64,000 bases of DNA, taken from Squalus acanthias (Eukaryota). The translations under genes were made by a program, and so were the position numbers. The stretch lies in contig CM059443.1 in the NCBI GenBank assembly GCA_030390025.1, forward strand, positions 28,768,001-28,832,000. The letters run 5' to 3'. How positions within the stretch are numbered: position 1 is the first letter of the stretch; the number at the start of each line of letters is the position of its first letter. Below, in pieces: positions 51,241-62,979 of the stretch. Below the pieces are notes generated by a model. That model worked only from the letters and a program-made list of their open reading frames with translations, had not been told where the DNA came from and did not search any database.

Positions 51241-52884
51241 ACAGAAGAAAAGTACATTAGAATAAGAATTTGAGCCACTTTGACATTTTTGGAAGTCACA
51301 GAATGTAGGTATTTGTAAAACCGAAGCCACAGAGCCAAACCCAATCTCACTGATAACAGTGTGAAAAATTATCGACACCACCAGGAATATGGATACACAA
51401 CTCTTTGCTTTTATGCAGCTGGGGATGATGGATGTATAATTACTGCTACATTTGATACGAACATCCCCCTTGACCTAATCAGCCTAGCAGCATTACTAGG
51501 ACATGGTGGTGGTGCATTCAACATCCAGATGGCCAGGGGTCAAATGCCTAGTCACTAGATCACAATAAACAGTGCCTGCTCGGACATTAGACAGCCAGGG
51601 ACTTTGTTAATATTTTGTAGCTGAAGGCATAACAAATGAGTTGCAATGATTCATAGTGAACCTACAAAAAAGTGATTTTGTAATGGTAAATAAACTGCAT
51701 ACTCTCTTCTTGGAGAGGAGTCAAACCTACAATTATCTGTGAACATGATGTGAGGAGAGTTCAGCTGGAGCAAACTCCAGGGACCAACATACCAGCTGCA
51801 ACACCTACTAAGATGGCAACTGTCCTTGTTTGCTGGGCAGCCTACCACATACCAATATTTTCATAAAATATTCATGGACATTAGCTGATATTTAAGCTGT
51901 ACCTATTTACAAGATAATTCATTAAAGCAAGCCTGCGTATCTATACAATGTTATCAATGCTATTGTGTGATTAAAATAAAGACACAAGAAGCCGTATCAC
52001 AATGACCTCATTTGAAGAAACCAGCCTATACTATACAATTATCGCTGCTTATCGGTAATTTTATTTCAGGTATGTAAGCAGTCAGAACCCTTGATAGTTG
52101 CTTAAAACAGTAACTGTTCTACTTCTTTGATCTTTTAACAAGAACTCATTACACATTACCATCCAATCAAGAGGTTATCTCAGAATAACACGATGGAACA
52201 ATACACCGATTGTTTTATCAGTGAATATAATCTTGGTTAAGCCTTCAGGGTGTTTAAAACTTTATTATTATTGTGCCCAGCAAAGACATTTCACACTTGT
52301 GAAATATTAGCTATAATCTTTACAACTAAAGTGAATAACACCTTATAATAGCTTCTATCAGCGATGCCATTCACAGTTTGTACTTACCTGATCTGGGTAT
52401 ACTCGATATTGGCTTTAGGTGTAAAAAGTAGATGTCAACACTAATATCCCACACTTTGATGAGGCGCAATTCACAGACTACAGTACATCTCTCAGGGGAT
52501 CTCACAGGCACTGATGCAGAGTACAACGTTTTGTGAAAGAAGACGGTTTTTACACTGCTATGTTCTGTTTAAAGGACTTACAGGAACTATTTTATGCCCT
52601 TGTGTACATCATAAGTTTATTTAAATTCGAAACAGTTTGGAATAAATAAATAAATATCCACGAACCATAATAAAACAAAGATTTTAGAATAGACACTATT
52701 GTGGAAACATTCTGCAAAAAGAGGTTTACTATCTTCTGGTATCACAGTAGTTAACAAACTCATGTAAAACCCATTTGGGATCTATTTTAACACAGGCATT
52801 AACCTGTTCATTTTAACCAGGGGCAGTAAAGACATTTTAGGATTTAATTTCTTCTCGTGCTGGCAGGTTAACTTATTTTCACAG

Positions 52885-53228
52885 AACAGGGAGGATGTTT
52901 CCCCTGGCTGGTGGGGGTCTAGAACGATGGGTCACAGTCTCAGGATACGGGGTAGGACATTTAGGACTGAGATGAGGAGGAATTTCTTCACTCAGAGGGT
53001 GGTGAACCTGTGGAATTCTCTACCACAGAAGGCTGTGGAGGCCAAGTCACTGAATATATTTAAGAAGGAGATAGATAGATTTCTAGACACAAAAGGCATC
53101 AAGGGGTATGGGGAGAGAGCAGGAATATGGTATTGAGATAGAGGATCAGCCATGATCATATTGAATGGCGGAGCAGGCTCGAAGGGCCGAATGGCCTACT
53201 CCTGCTCCTATTTTTCTATGTTTCTATG
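52885..53228 (+). mobile_element. CR1 3' fragment, near-identical to 47508-47855 in inverted orientation
   Basis: [40 protein letters not shown]..., (tttctatg) tail. Confidence 0.92.
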
Positions 53229-54457
53229 AACCCTTTTACTCTTAACAGTTGTTAACCCATTTATTTTCATTTTATTTTAAACAGATTAATGACTGTGGGG
53301 TAAAAGTTCTACCTCTGTGCCCCAGTACACGCCAGGAATGCATATTGCAAAATTGCAGATTGCTAGCCCGTGATTTTCAGATCATTCATTTTAATGGACG
53401 GATAATCGTGAGCTGGCGGGGGATGCACAACTTCACGATTTGTGTTTCTGGCATGTGCCAGGAGCACAGAAGCAGAATTATTACCTCTGTGTTGAAAGGA
53501 ATTTTATGTGAACATGTGAATCAGTCTGATACTCGGGGAAGTGCAACCCAAATGTCTTTAATGACCCTGCTGTGTAATGTGACTGAAACCGAAAACTGAA
53601 TACTATACTGACAGCAATGGAAAATGTAACCTAAGAGAGTTGAAACCAATATAGTTAATGATCATAATTGATAATAATACTATGGTGCAAATTCTATTTT
53701 TTCAACATTTTCTGTGAGTGATAAGGAAACTGCTTCTTTGTATTCGTTAGTGACCTTATTAATCACATAGATTCTCTCCAATGCATTGATACTACTCGTA
53801 GCTCGAGGTCTGATGCAAAGCTTTCAAACTTCAGTGGTTCCTCTACAGATGATCAAACATAAAGAGGCCACAGGCAAGAGAGCTAGTGTCTTACAGTCTA
53901 AGAAAGAAGGCTGTTACTAAACTGCAACTTTTCTTTGCATGACTTGTGTTATGCAACCAATTGAGTTTGTGTTCTGATGGTTGTAAAGACATCGCAGATG
54001 AGTGAATGTAGTTACTGTATGTCACAGCAATGCAGTCATGCAAGAGGCAGGTGAGGAAAACGTTTAAAACCTTGGAACCAGTGGGAGAAAGCAGCAGGTT
54101 AGGCTGATGTATTGCTTCAGTACCGCACACTCTCTAGACATGTCTATTGCTGCAACTCATAAAATGAGTTGAGTTTTAATTGCTTTCCTGCTGTTCTTTG
54201 GCTGAGGGTTTGATTTTATGGCTTTTGTAAAACCATCCATCAGATCAAATTGTTTCAAAAAGTGGGATTAAAATTCTTCCCATAATTTGACAGATAAATT
54301 CATTTTTATGCAATGGTCTGAAATAACTTATGGAGAATGCGCAAATGCAGTCAGGCATAATACTGTCTTCTCAGTTGTAAGTGGAAGGTTAACTCACTGA
54401 ACCATTCTTATCATGGCATTTATCAATGCTGCAGCAAAATGGTAGTTACAGTCCACA

Positions 54458-54463
54458 TTTATT
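54458..54463 (-). promoter_or_regulatory. Candidate polyadenylation signal (AATAAA) of the Islet-like gene
   Basis: tttatt on + strand, about 450 nt downstream of the stop codon. Position-based only. Confidence 0.35.
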
Positions 54464-54908
54464 AGTCATTTGTCTTGTTTCTTTAGCATTATTTTGTTAA
54501 ACATTTTGCTCCATCCATTTGATCTATGCCTCATTCATAGAATGCTGTAATTACTGTAATTGGACAAGATGGATGAAAACAATGCATATATAAAAACTGG
54601 AGACGTGAGGAGCAGGAGAGGGTTAGGATAATATGTGGTACTGGTCGAGCTATTTCTCTGAATGGGGCGAGTTAGCTTAGAATGTAGCATTGACCACATT
54701 TAAATTTTTCTGAATGGGATGGGGTTTATCTTTACTTTTTATAGTGGTATCAGTCAAAGATTTTGCCTTTTTCACCACTTTCAATTAAACTTCTTAATCT
54801 GCCAAGAGCAGTATGACCATCCATTCATCTTACACCAAAGTTCAGATTTGAAATCCATTCAGTTGGTTTTCCAGTGACAGGTTGACATATAGCACGATAC
54901 AGACAACG

Positions 54909-55025
54909 TCAGAGATCTAACGGTTGCGATTCTTCACTGTTTGGTGTGTCAGAGAGTTGAGAGCTAAGCGATGAGACCTCAGTGCTACTGCAAATGGAAT
55001 GGGATCTTCCACCAGAAAAGCCTGT
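54909..55025 (-). CDS. isl1-like: Islet-like terminal coding exon 6
   Basis: [38 protein letters not shown], vs ISL1 [38 protein letters not shown] (same length). Acceptor tttttcccccacag|. Not in the ORF track. Confidence 0.9.
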   Translation of the reverse strand, partial: TGFSGGRSHSICSSTEVSSLSSQLSDTPNSEESQPLDL

Positions 55026-58000
55026 CTGTGGGGGAAAAAGACATGTTTTTTTTTTACAAAAGGACAAATCTCTTCAAAATAAAAAATACTGAAATGTGTA
55101 CAAAGAAGATTACACTGCCTCTTTCATGAATAAAATATTATAGAATGTAGAGGAGATTATCTTTAGAGAAAAGTGAGAGGGGGGCACATTTCAGGATCCG
55201 AGGAGATCTTGGCCTCAAAAATCCGTGGGGTTCTGCCGGGTCTCGGCACGTTGGGAGATTTTCCAAAATTCCTTGTGAGGGGCAAAGCCTCCATCTGTCC
55301 CTTACAAGGCAAGTGTCATTGGGGGCGGAGCCAGGGATGGGGACTCCCCACACCAGGAGTTCCCATTTGCCTGGCTCAGTCAGGACCTAATGTACTTCTG
55401 GAAGCCGGTATGCCCAGTGAGAAGAGCCGTCCCCTTACACGGGGGACTGAAGGGGGACCTGGCTGAGCTTATGGAGGGTGGGTGATCCTGGGCCATCCAA
55501 CCCATGGCGGCCAAGAGCCTGATTTTCCAGGTGCAGAGGGCAGCTGGGTGCTGGAAATGTGCCCGTAGTGTGGTTGCACCTACCTGCAGTGTAAAGTCAC
55601 TAAGGTCTTCCCATGGTGACCGGTATCTCTGTACCTCAACAGGGCTGCACTGCAAATTGACTTTCTGTGGTAGTGGACTCGTAGCTATCATCAGAGTCCC
55701 AACCAACCCCCGGATATCCTGTTGAAAAATCAAAAATGACAGGATAGTTTTCTTGGGATAGCAATGTCAGTGATACCTCATTTAAAGAGGTTAAGAACAT
55801 TCAAGCTGCCCATTTATTGCATGTCCTTAGAAACACTCCAATCGATGCGGTAATAACTACTTTTATTTTAAGACCCTCTACAACATTCCGTCAAAGAGTA
55901 ACAAAGGAAAACAAGAGAAGTGTAATTGCTGCAATGTGCTTACTCCCATCTAGTGTTCAGTTATCAATATGCAAGTACCGGACATATCACGCTATATTTG
56001 ACAAAAATGCTTACGAATTGCAAGCAATTGTGAAAAATAAAGTACTTTTCTAGTGCGCTAAAGAAAAATGTAAAAGCCACTCGGCCAGTGTCAGCTGATG
56101 TTGTGGTGTTAAGTAGAGGGCACACAATGCGGAACAGAGGAGTGTCAAGTTCTGAACTGAGGGAGACCCCAGAACTTGTGAGAGACCAAGTCAAAAGTAA
56201 GTTACCAAGTAAGTGGAATGGACTGGATATTTCTGTTTCCACAATAGGCATGGGGATAATTTTGTTTCTTTAAGTCTATTGTGCATTTCATTTTAATAAA
56301 GATTTTTTATAAACTTACAAAGTGCTTGAATAGTCCCATTATGTCATGTCTGCCACTCCTTTCTCTCCAGAACTGACAAGCTGCTATTTTGGAAACTGCT
56401 TATCCAGGGATAAAGCAACAGATAGTGTGGCCAGTTTACGTCAAGTACTGCTATTTTCTTAAGTACATATGGGCAATAATTCACACTCTAGCAGACATTT
56501 TAATTTGCTACCGAATTTGCCATCAGCAACTATATGGAGTGCTCTTGTCACTTTAATTCCATAATGGCACTAGTGCCATACAGCATCCGAACAGCAGAGA
56601 TGCACCGTCATCCCCATTGTGCATTCCTATGTAATGGCTCAGAGAGTAGATGTTCTCCTGGAAGGTCCTGTGTTTGTCTGGTTTGTGCTGAGTTAGCTGG
56701 GACAACAGTCGGGCATTATAACTGGCTCCAGCATCCCCATTCTAGGGAGAGGAAATGTGATCAAGGGTTTCCTAGGGTGATTGCTATCCAGTGACCCCTG
56801 CTCGAGGCATGCATGCAGGGATGCTGGCTGAGGACAATGTCAGACTTGGCTGTGATGCCCCATACAACCTATGGAGCCTCACTAAATTTATCCTATAGAA
56901 TATTTTAAAAGCAAAAAAGACAAACAAGAGATTCACCTTTTTTCTTGAAAGACTTTTATAACTGGAAAATGGAGCAATGTGTCACCATTAAGGTAAGATT
57001 TTTAATATGCTGATAGTTGAGAATACAAAAGCAGGCTCCCACCCCCACCCACCCCATGGCTCACTCGGTATATACAGTAAGCGGCTAATCCATTTGGACC
57101 AGGAGGTTCCTAGTTGGATCTGAGTTAACATATCGTTCAAGGCAACGGTAGGAGTGCTAAAGCGGGCCTCAGTGCTCAGATTAGAGAGGGGAAAATTGCC
57201 CACTCCTGATTGCTATCAGGGACTGGTGCTGGAAGTTTGTGTGTGTGTGTGTGTGGGTATCAAGCAACAACGGGATTGGGCTTGGCTGTGGTGCCCTCCA
57301 TGGTCAAACAGCCTGCTGACACACACGGTCAAGGCTCGCGTGAAAAAATAACTACTTGGATTAGCCAATAGAAGATAACTTGCACTGGTGGAACTGTGCC
57401 TGAGTAAGGAGAGGAGTGGAGAAAATCTGCAGAATATAAATGCCAATACTATTGCCACACGCAGGTTAAGATAACATGCACTTACTGCTTTGTCCCTGTT
57501 GCACTGGTCTGTGTGTTTCTGCAGTATGCTCTTCTTTTTGTCCTTGCACCGTTTATTCTGAAACCAGACCCTGATGACCCTTGAGCTGAGTCCTGTCATC
57601 TCGATGAGCTGCTGCTTCATAAGTGCATCCGGTCGGGGGTTTGCAGCGTAACAGGTCCGTAATGTGAGCAACTGCTGCTCATTCAGCACAGTCCGCACAC
57701 GGCTTATCTTATCAGAGTGTTTTGGAGCTGACTGACAAGCTTTGAATTTCTCTAATGAGAAACAGAAATGTTCAACAACAACAACAAAAAAATTGAGACA
57801 GAGGGAGATTTTTTACTGTGTCAAATATCAGCACAACCTCTCGGACTGGATCAATGTAAGATGAGCCTTTTTACTCTATGATAATAACACCAACCTTTGA
57901 AAAGCACCTCCTGTTGCACTGGTATCACATTTTCAGTTCCCATACATCCAATCAACCTCTCTGATATCCACTTTACACGACATTGCTTGGCCCTGGAGAT

Positions 58001-61000
58001 GGAGCACGTGGTGTCCGCCGGCAGCACTGGGAAATGCACTGGCGCTGCCCAGGGCTCTTTGACAAATCTGAAGTGCAGTTCTGCTGTTGAAGGTGCTCTG
58101 GAAGTGGGCCAACACAGTAAAAGAGGCTGCCCAAGCATCTTACAGGAGGGCTTCTACTTGAAGCAGTTCTGTTATATAGACCTGGCACAAATGAGACTGC
58201 CAATATTGTGCCGTGGGCTTGCCAAAGCACCAGATCAGTGCACATATTATTTAGAATTATTATTACTTTTCTACCCTAGTGATACAATTTGAGCACAAAC
58301 ATCAACCGACCTGATAGATACGAGCTGCCAGTGTCCGATATCGAGCTCAAAGAATCCTCTTGAGTTAAGCTGGGATCTGGAAGCCGGCCATCCTCAATAC
58401 AGTAGGGTCCGTCCAATCGCAATCTGAACTCATCCCCAGGCAGGAGCCGCCGACTGCAGGCGACACAGCGGAAACATTGTTGGTGATAGATGAGCCCCCT
58501 AGCTCTGAGAACCAGGTCTGAGGATAACAATCCAGCCTGACACTGAGCACATCTCACAGAAAATTTTCTAAGGAACAGCAGAAAAAATACGAGAGTAATG
58601 TTGTTGTGCAGTTTCAGTCTCGGAGAGCACCTTAAAGCTACATTATTTTACGCCGAAGAAAATTATTTAAGCATCTCTGTCTCAAACTAACCCAACTCAG
58701 CTCCAAAATATGTCCAATGGAGCTTCAAACCCTACAATTGGTCTGAATGAACCTGAGGCGGGGAAAGGCAGCAGTGCGAGTGTTGTTTGAGCCCAGGATT
58801 GGGTTTGGTTGTGATGTCTCTCATGGGTGAATAGCCTGCTAACAATCAGTGTGCAGGCTCAAACATGATCACTTGAAATTGATATTGGAGGGCTACTGAT
58901 ATCCATGGAACTCTGCCACAGCAAGAGTCAGTGCCTTTGGGAAGGATAATAAAAGATTTGGAAAAGAAGCAAGAAATAGAACTTAGAGAATATGTTACCA
59001 ATGTTGAGCCTGCAGCCCGTAACATGCCTGAGCGGCTCCCAAATTGTGCGTTAGGCTCATTGGATCCTTGAGTTGTATTTAAATGAGCCGGGTGCCCCAT
59101 AATACAAAATGACAACAGAAAACGCTGGAAAAACTCAGCAGGCCAGGCAGCATCCGTGGAGAGAGAAACAGAGTTAACGTTTCAGGTCGAAGACCTTTCG
59201 TCAGAACTGGAAAAAAGCAGGAAATGAAGTAGATTTTAAAGCAAGTTTAGAGGCTGGGAAAAGGGGGAGGGGATGAAAGAACAAAAGGGAAGGTCAGTGA
59301 TAGGATAGAAAGCAGGAGAGATTGAGAGACATAGAGAGACAGCTGGAGTGGTTGAGCAGCACTCAAGTTGCACAGCGTCTGTTTGAAGCAACTCAGGGAC
59401 CCCTGAGCACTGTGCCCCCCCCCCCCCCAGGACCCCCTACTCTCTTGCCCGGTTAAACCCCCTCCCCACATGCCGGGAACATGCTGACAATGTGGCCCGG
59501 GCACTTCTGCAGAGCCAGTAAATGATGCAAATGAGCTGACCTCAGGTTCACTTCGTGAAGTTAGCCCATTCACGTGTAGTCGTACATTGCACCTACACAG
59601 CACTAGCACCAGTGGTGCAGCACTTGGACTCATTACCAGCTCCATTATTTCTGGATTTAAACAATACGTATAGATCCCTGTAATTTTTTATGTCCAACTG
59701 TGAAGTTTATTTTCCTGTAATACCTCTGATACCAGATGATTGTTCTGACGTTGCACTTAAGACGTCATACACTCTCTGTTTCTCATTTGCCATGGTTCCT
59801 CACCTCTATAGTTAGCTTGGCCTGAAATTATGGTAGTTTCAGATGAACAGAACACACTGTACAAAATAACAGATGGTTGGTATGAATTATAGGCACGCAT
59901 GGGGTTGCTTGTTGATTTTGGGTATCAAGCTGCTTAAATAGCTGACCAAAAACTAACCGATGCTGCATGCATCTGTAATTCACTCCTGAACATCTGTTAT
60001 TCTGCATCACTATATACCAACAATTTACAATGTACTATTGTTGGCTGCTGAAGGACCCAATCGAAGGAGTAATAGCACTAGATGACAGTCTGGAGAAGCA
60101 CATGTGCCTGATTAATGACATGCTGCCTACCCACCCACATCAGGAAGAATGTATTAGTATGATTTCAGATAAGAAGATTGTTTCTGCATTGCCTTATGAC
60201 CCAGAAAGGTTGCAGCCTAAATGTCAACCATTTCCCAGCGGCATCTGTTGCAAAAATGCAAAAATTATGCAAATGCTATCATGAAAAACATTCCAGATGC
60301 TGTTTTTGTGTGAGGCAGATGGTAATGAGCTAATGGCAGCAATAAATCCATGTCTGTACATTTTAGTGATTTACCATTACTAGTGGTAACCACCAGATTA
60401 CAGGATGCGTCTGCCTGGTGGTGTGATGGCCACTTTTTGCAGCTATCAGGAATAGTACAGAGCAGACTGAAATTCTGCCCAGTGATGAGTAGGAGTCAGA
60501 TTGCAAGGATTACCTGTGACATAAGAACATATAAATTAGGAGCAGGAGTAGGCCATACGACCCCTCGGGCCTGTGTCGCCATTCAGTAAGATAATGGCTC
60601 ATCTTCGACCTCAACTCCACTTTCCCACCCGATGGCTCATCTTCGAACTCAACTCCACTTTCCCACCCGATGTCTGATCTTCGATCTCAACTCCACTTTC
60701 CCACCCGATGGCTCATCTTCAAACTCAACTCCACTTTCCTACCCGATTTCCATATCCCTTGATTCCCCCAGAGTCCAAAAATCTATTTATCTCCGCCTTG
60801 AATACAACAACAACAACTTATATTGATATAGGGCCTTTTATGTAATAAAACATCCCAAGGCGCTTACTGATTATAATACACTCAATGATTTAGCATCCAC
60901 AGCCCTTTGGGGTAGAGAATTCCAAAGATTCACAATCTTCTGAGCGAAGAAATTCCTCCTCATCTCAGTCTTAAATGGCCGACCCCTTATCCTGAGACTA

Positions 61001-61819
61001 TGCCCCCTAGTTCGAGACTCTTCAGTTGGGGAAAACAGCCTCTCAGTATCTACCCTTTCAATCCACCTCAGAATCTTATTTGTTTCAATGAGATTATCTC
61101 TCATTCTTCTAAACTCCAGAGAGTATAGGCCCAATATACTCAATCTCTCCTCATAGGACAACCCTCTCATCCATGACCTCCCATTTCCACAAGTTTTCAG
61201 TCTTAACTGTGTCGCTAGAGGAAGAAGCCAAGTGAATGCCAGGCGCTTCCTCACAGAAAATCAGAGGGCCAATGATCTGGGTCCACTGTTGCACATTTCC
61301 TAACAACCCATAGAGCAGAATTGACCAAGGCCTGGAAGCAAGTCTACAACCTCTTGTCTTCTTCAGAAAAAAAACCAGGCTGTGTGAGGAGACTTATTGA
61401 AAGAAAGGGGTGGAAAAATAAGTTGAGAAAATGAAAATGATAAAGGAATTAAATACTATAAACTATAAAATTAGGATAGAATATATGACCTGATACAATT
61501 ATACCCTGCCCTCTAACCCCATTTCACCTGGTCTACATTTGATCTTGACTCCTCATGTGCAACACCATGGGATGTTGACTAGTATTTAATAAAAATTTGA
61601 ATAATAACAAGGAGATGACAGATGTTATTGCTCACCTGAAGTAGTCAGTCTTGCAGTAGGGCTTTCCCTCTCTCAGGAAGCAGGTGCAGCTCTCATCCAG
61701 ATAGTGGTTACACTCAACACACTTGAGACAGGCTGCATGCCACTCCAGATCAGGAGAGACTCTCAGAATATACGGATCCGTAATATGTTTACTGCAGCCA
61801 ACACATACAGAGTCTTCCC
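54909..61819 (-). CDS. isl1-like: Islet-family LIM-homeodomain transcription factor gene (divergent ISL1/ISL2-like), coding exons 2-6 joined: 61819-61636, 58567-58311, 57751-57486, 55718-55584, 55025-54909; exon 1 not located
   Basis: Hand-spliced exons give one open frame (LIM1-LIM2-homeodomain-Lhx3-binding region-Islet C-terminus). All introns are GT-AG, with phases 1,2,1,0,0 as in ISL1. Confidence 0.93.
55584..55718 (-). CDS. isl1-like: Islet-like exon 5, Lhx3-binding-domain region
   Basis: [45 protein letters not shown], vs ISL1 [45 protein letters not shown]. Acceptor tttttcaacag|, donor CAG|gtaggt. Confidence 0.88.
56680..57400 (+). repeat. Two tandem copies of an ancient SINE-like dispersed repeat (related fragments near 3130-3400 and 35290-35370)
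   Basis: Shared degenerate motifs gctgagttagctg, gattgctatccagtgaccc, cttggctgtgatgccc. Family not identified. Confidence 0.45.
57486..57751 (-). CDS. isl1-like: Islet-like exon 4, homeodomain
   Basis: [59 protein letters not shown] is an Islet-type homeodomain. Acceptor tttctcattag|, donor GCA|gtaagt. Confidence 0.97.
58311..58567 (-). CDS. isl1-like: Islet-like exon 3, LIM domain 2
   Basis: [59 protein letters not shown]...; all 8 zinc ligands present. Acceptor ctgttccttag|, donor TCAG|gtcggt. Confidence 0.93.
59100..59335 (-). mobile_element. Penelope-like pLTR fragment (second family) in Islet-like intron 2
   Basis: Contains the hammerhead; its 3' part (gctgcctg.cctgctgagt.tttccagc.ttttctgtt) also occurs at 6345-6397. 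Confidence 0.75.
59172..59208 (-). ncRNA. Minimal type I hammerhead ribozyme (Penelope-derived), sense to the Islet-like pre-mRNA
   Basis: Minus strand AGUU-CUGACGA-A-AGGUC uuc GACCU-GAAA-CG-UU-AACU: complete core, stem I AGUU/AACU, 5-bp stem II, palindromic AACGUU stem III. Confidence 0.8.
60518..61172 (-). mobile_element. CR1 3' fragment with nested L2 tail (approx. 60803-60867)
   Basis: ORF 60871-61254 [24 protein letters not shown]... Confidence 0.88.
60594..60745. repeat. 38-bp tandem repeat x4 expanded within the CR1 3' UTR
   Basis: Unit ATGGCTCATCTTCGACCTCAACTCCACTTTCCCACCCG. Confidence 0.85.
61636..61819 (-). CDS. isl1-like: Islet-like exon 2, LIM domain 1
   Basis: [61 protein letters not shown], vs ISL1 [57 protein letters not shown]. 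Acceptor ttgtattgcag|, donor CAG|gtgagc. Confidence 0.95.
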
Positions 61820-62004
61820 CTGCAATACAACATTTCAGAAAACACCGTAATGAGGTCAGTCTTTCTGGTCACCTTAATCAAATCAGGCCTCAAAGTGCCA
61901 AAAGCATGTGGTGGTATGGTGGGAGTACAGGATGATGGTACAGTTTACAATCAGCGTAGGTGTTATGGCTAGAATACTATGCGGATGGTATGAAAAGTAG
62001 TGCT

Positions 62005-62347
62005 GCCCCAAAAAGCTGTAGAAGCTACATCATTACATAAATTTAAAACAGAAATAGACAGTTTCCTAGAAGTAAAGGGAATTAAGGGTTACGGGGAGCG
62101 GGCAGGAATTTGGACATGAGTCTAGGTTCGGATCGGTCATGGCCCTGTGGGTAGCGTAGCGGGCCCAGGGGCCGTGTAGCCTGATCCTGCTCCTATTTCG
62201 TGTGTCCAATTCTGTTAGGTTCAGGAGATGGTTCTGTGATAGTAGATTGGCGGTTAGGATCAGATCAGCCATGATCTTATTGAATGGCGGAGCAGGCTCG
62301 AGGGGCCAATTGGCCTACTCCTGCTCTTATTTCTTATGTTCTTATGT
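62005..62347 (+). mobile_element. 3' end of the same CR1 subfamily as 40838-44204
   Basis: Reverse complement of approx. 40838-41188, including the extended 3' UTR. Confidence 0.9.
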
Positions 62348-62979
62348 AATCAATATGGGTGGCATGTTGGACAGTCAACAGGGATGGTATAATTAGGTAT
62401 CAGTGTGAGTGGTAATGTGGGCAATCAGTGTGACTGCTATGATTGGAAGCCAGTGATTGGTAAAGTGGGCAATCAGTGTGAGTGCTATGATCAGCCTGGG
62501 TTGAATAATCAGCAGTGCGGGTGGATGGTCAGTATGGGATTGGGAAAATCCAGGGTTGGTACAGTGGCACATTTACTAATCTCTTTAGTTGGCCATGTAA
62601 TCTGTTAGATACAAGTGAGGCGATCTGGGTAGTTCACAAATGAGAAGAGCATGATTGTGCAAATTGACTGCCATGTTTACCCACAATAACGACTGTGACT
62701 GCCTTCAAAAGTAATTCATTCGCTCTGTAGTGTTGTGGGGCATCCAGAGAATGTGAAAGGAGCTTTATTAATGCAAGTTCATTCTTCTTTACAGTCTATG
62801 AAAATAATTATAGTATAACTACTGGCCTGGATGTATTTCATTTATAGCATTTATAATATGATTTCAATTGGCTTTCTAATTGAGATTAATAACTTGAAAC
62901 AGAAGATCTATGCAAACTGGTCTAATTCACAGACAATAGAAGGGGGTAATTGAATCTGAGGAGAAAACTCAGTAACTGT

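Noticed and set aside
52381-52391. U1 snRNA 5' end (TACTTACCTG) or a minus-strand exon donor
   Set aside because: No further U1 similarity; it lies in an old repeat-like sequence resembling 30305-30410.
55435-55518. Alternative last exon [27 protein letters not shown]
   Set aside because: It needs a 65-nt intron with a weak acceptor; 55025-54909 matches ISL1 exon 6 far better.
60594-60745. CRISPR-like array
   Set aside because: Head-to-tail 38-bp repeats without spacers, derived from a CR1 3' UTR in vertebrate DNA.
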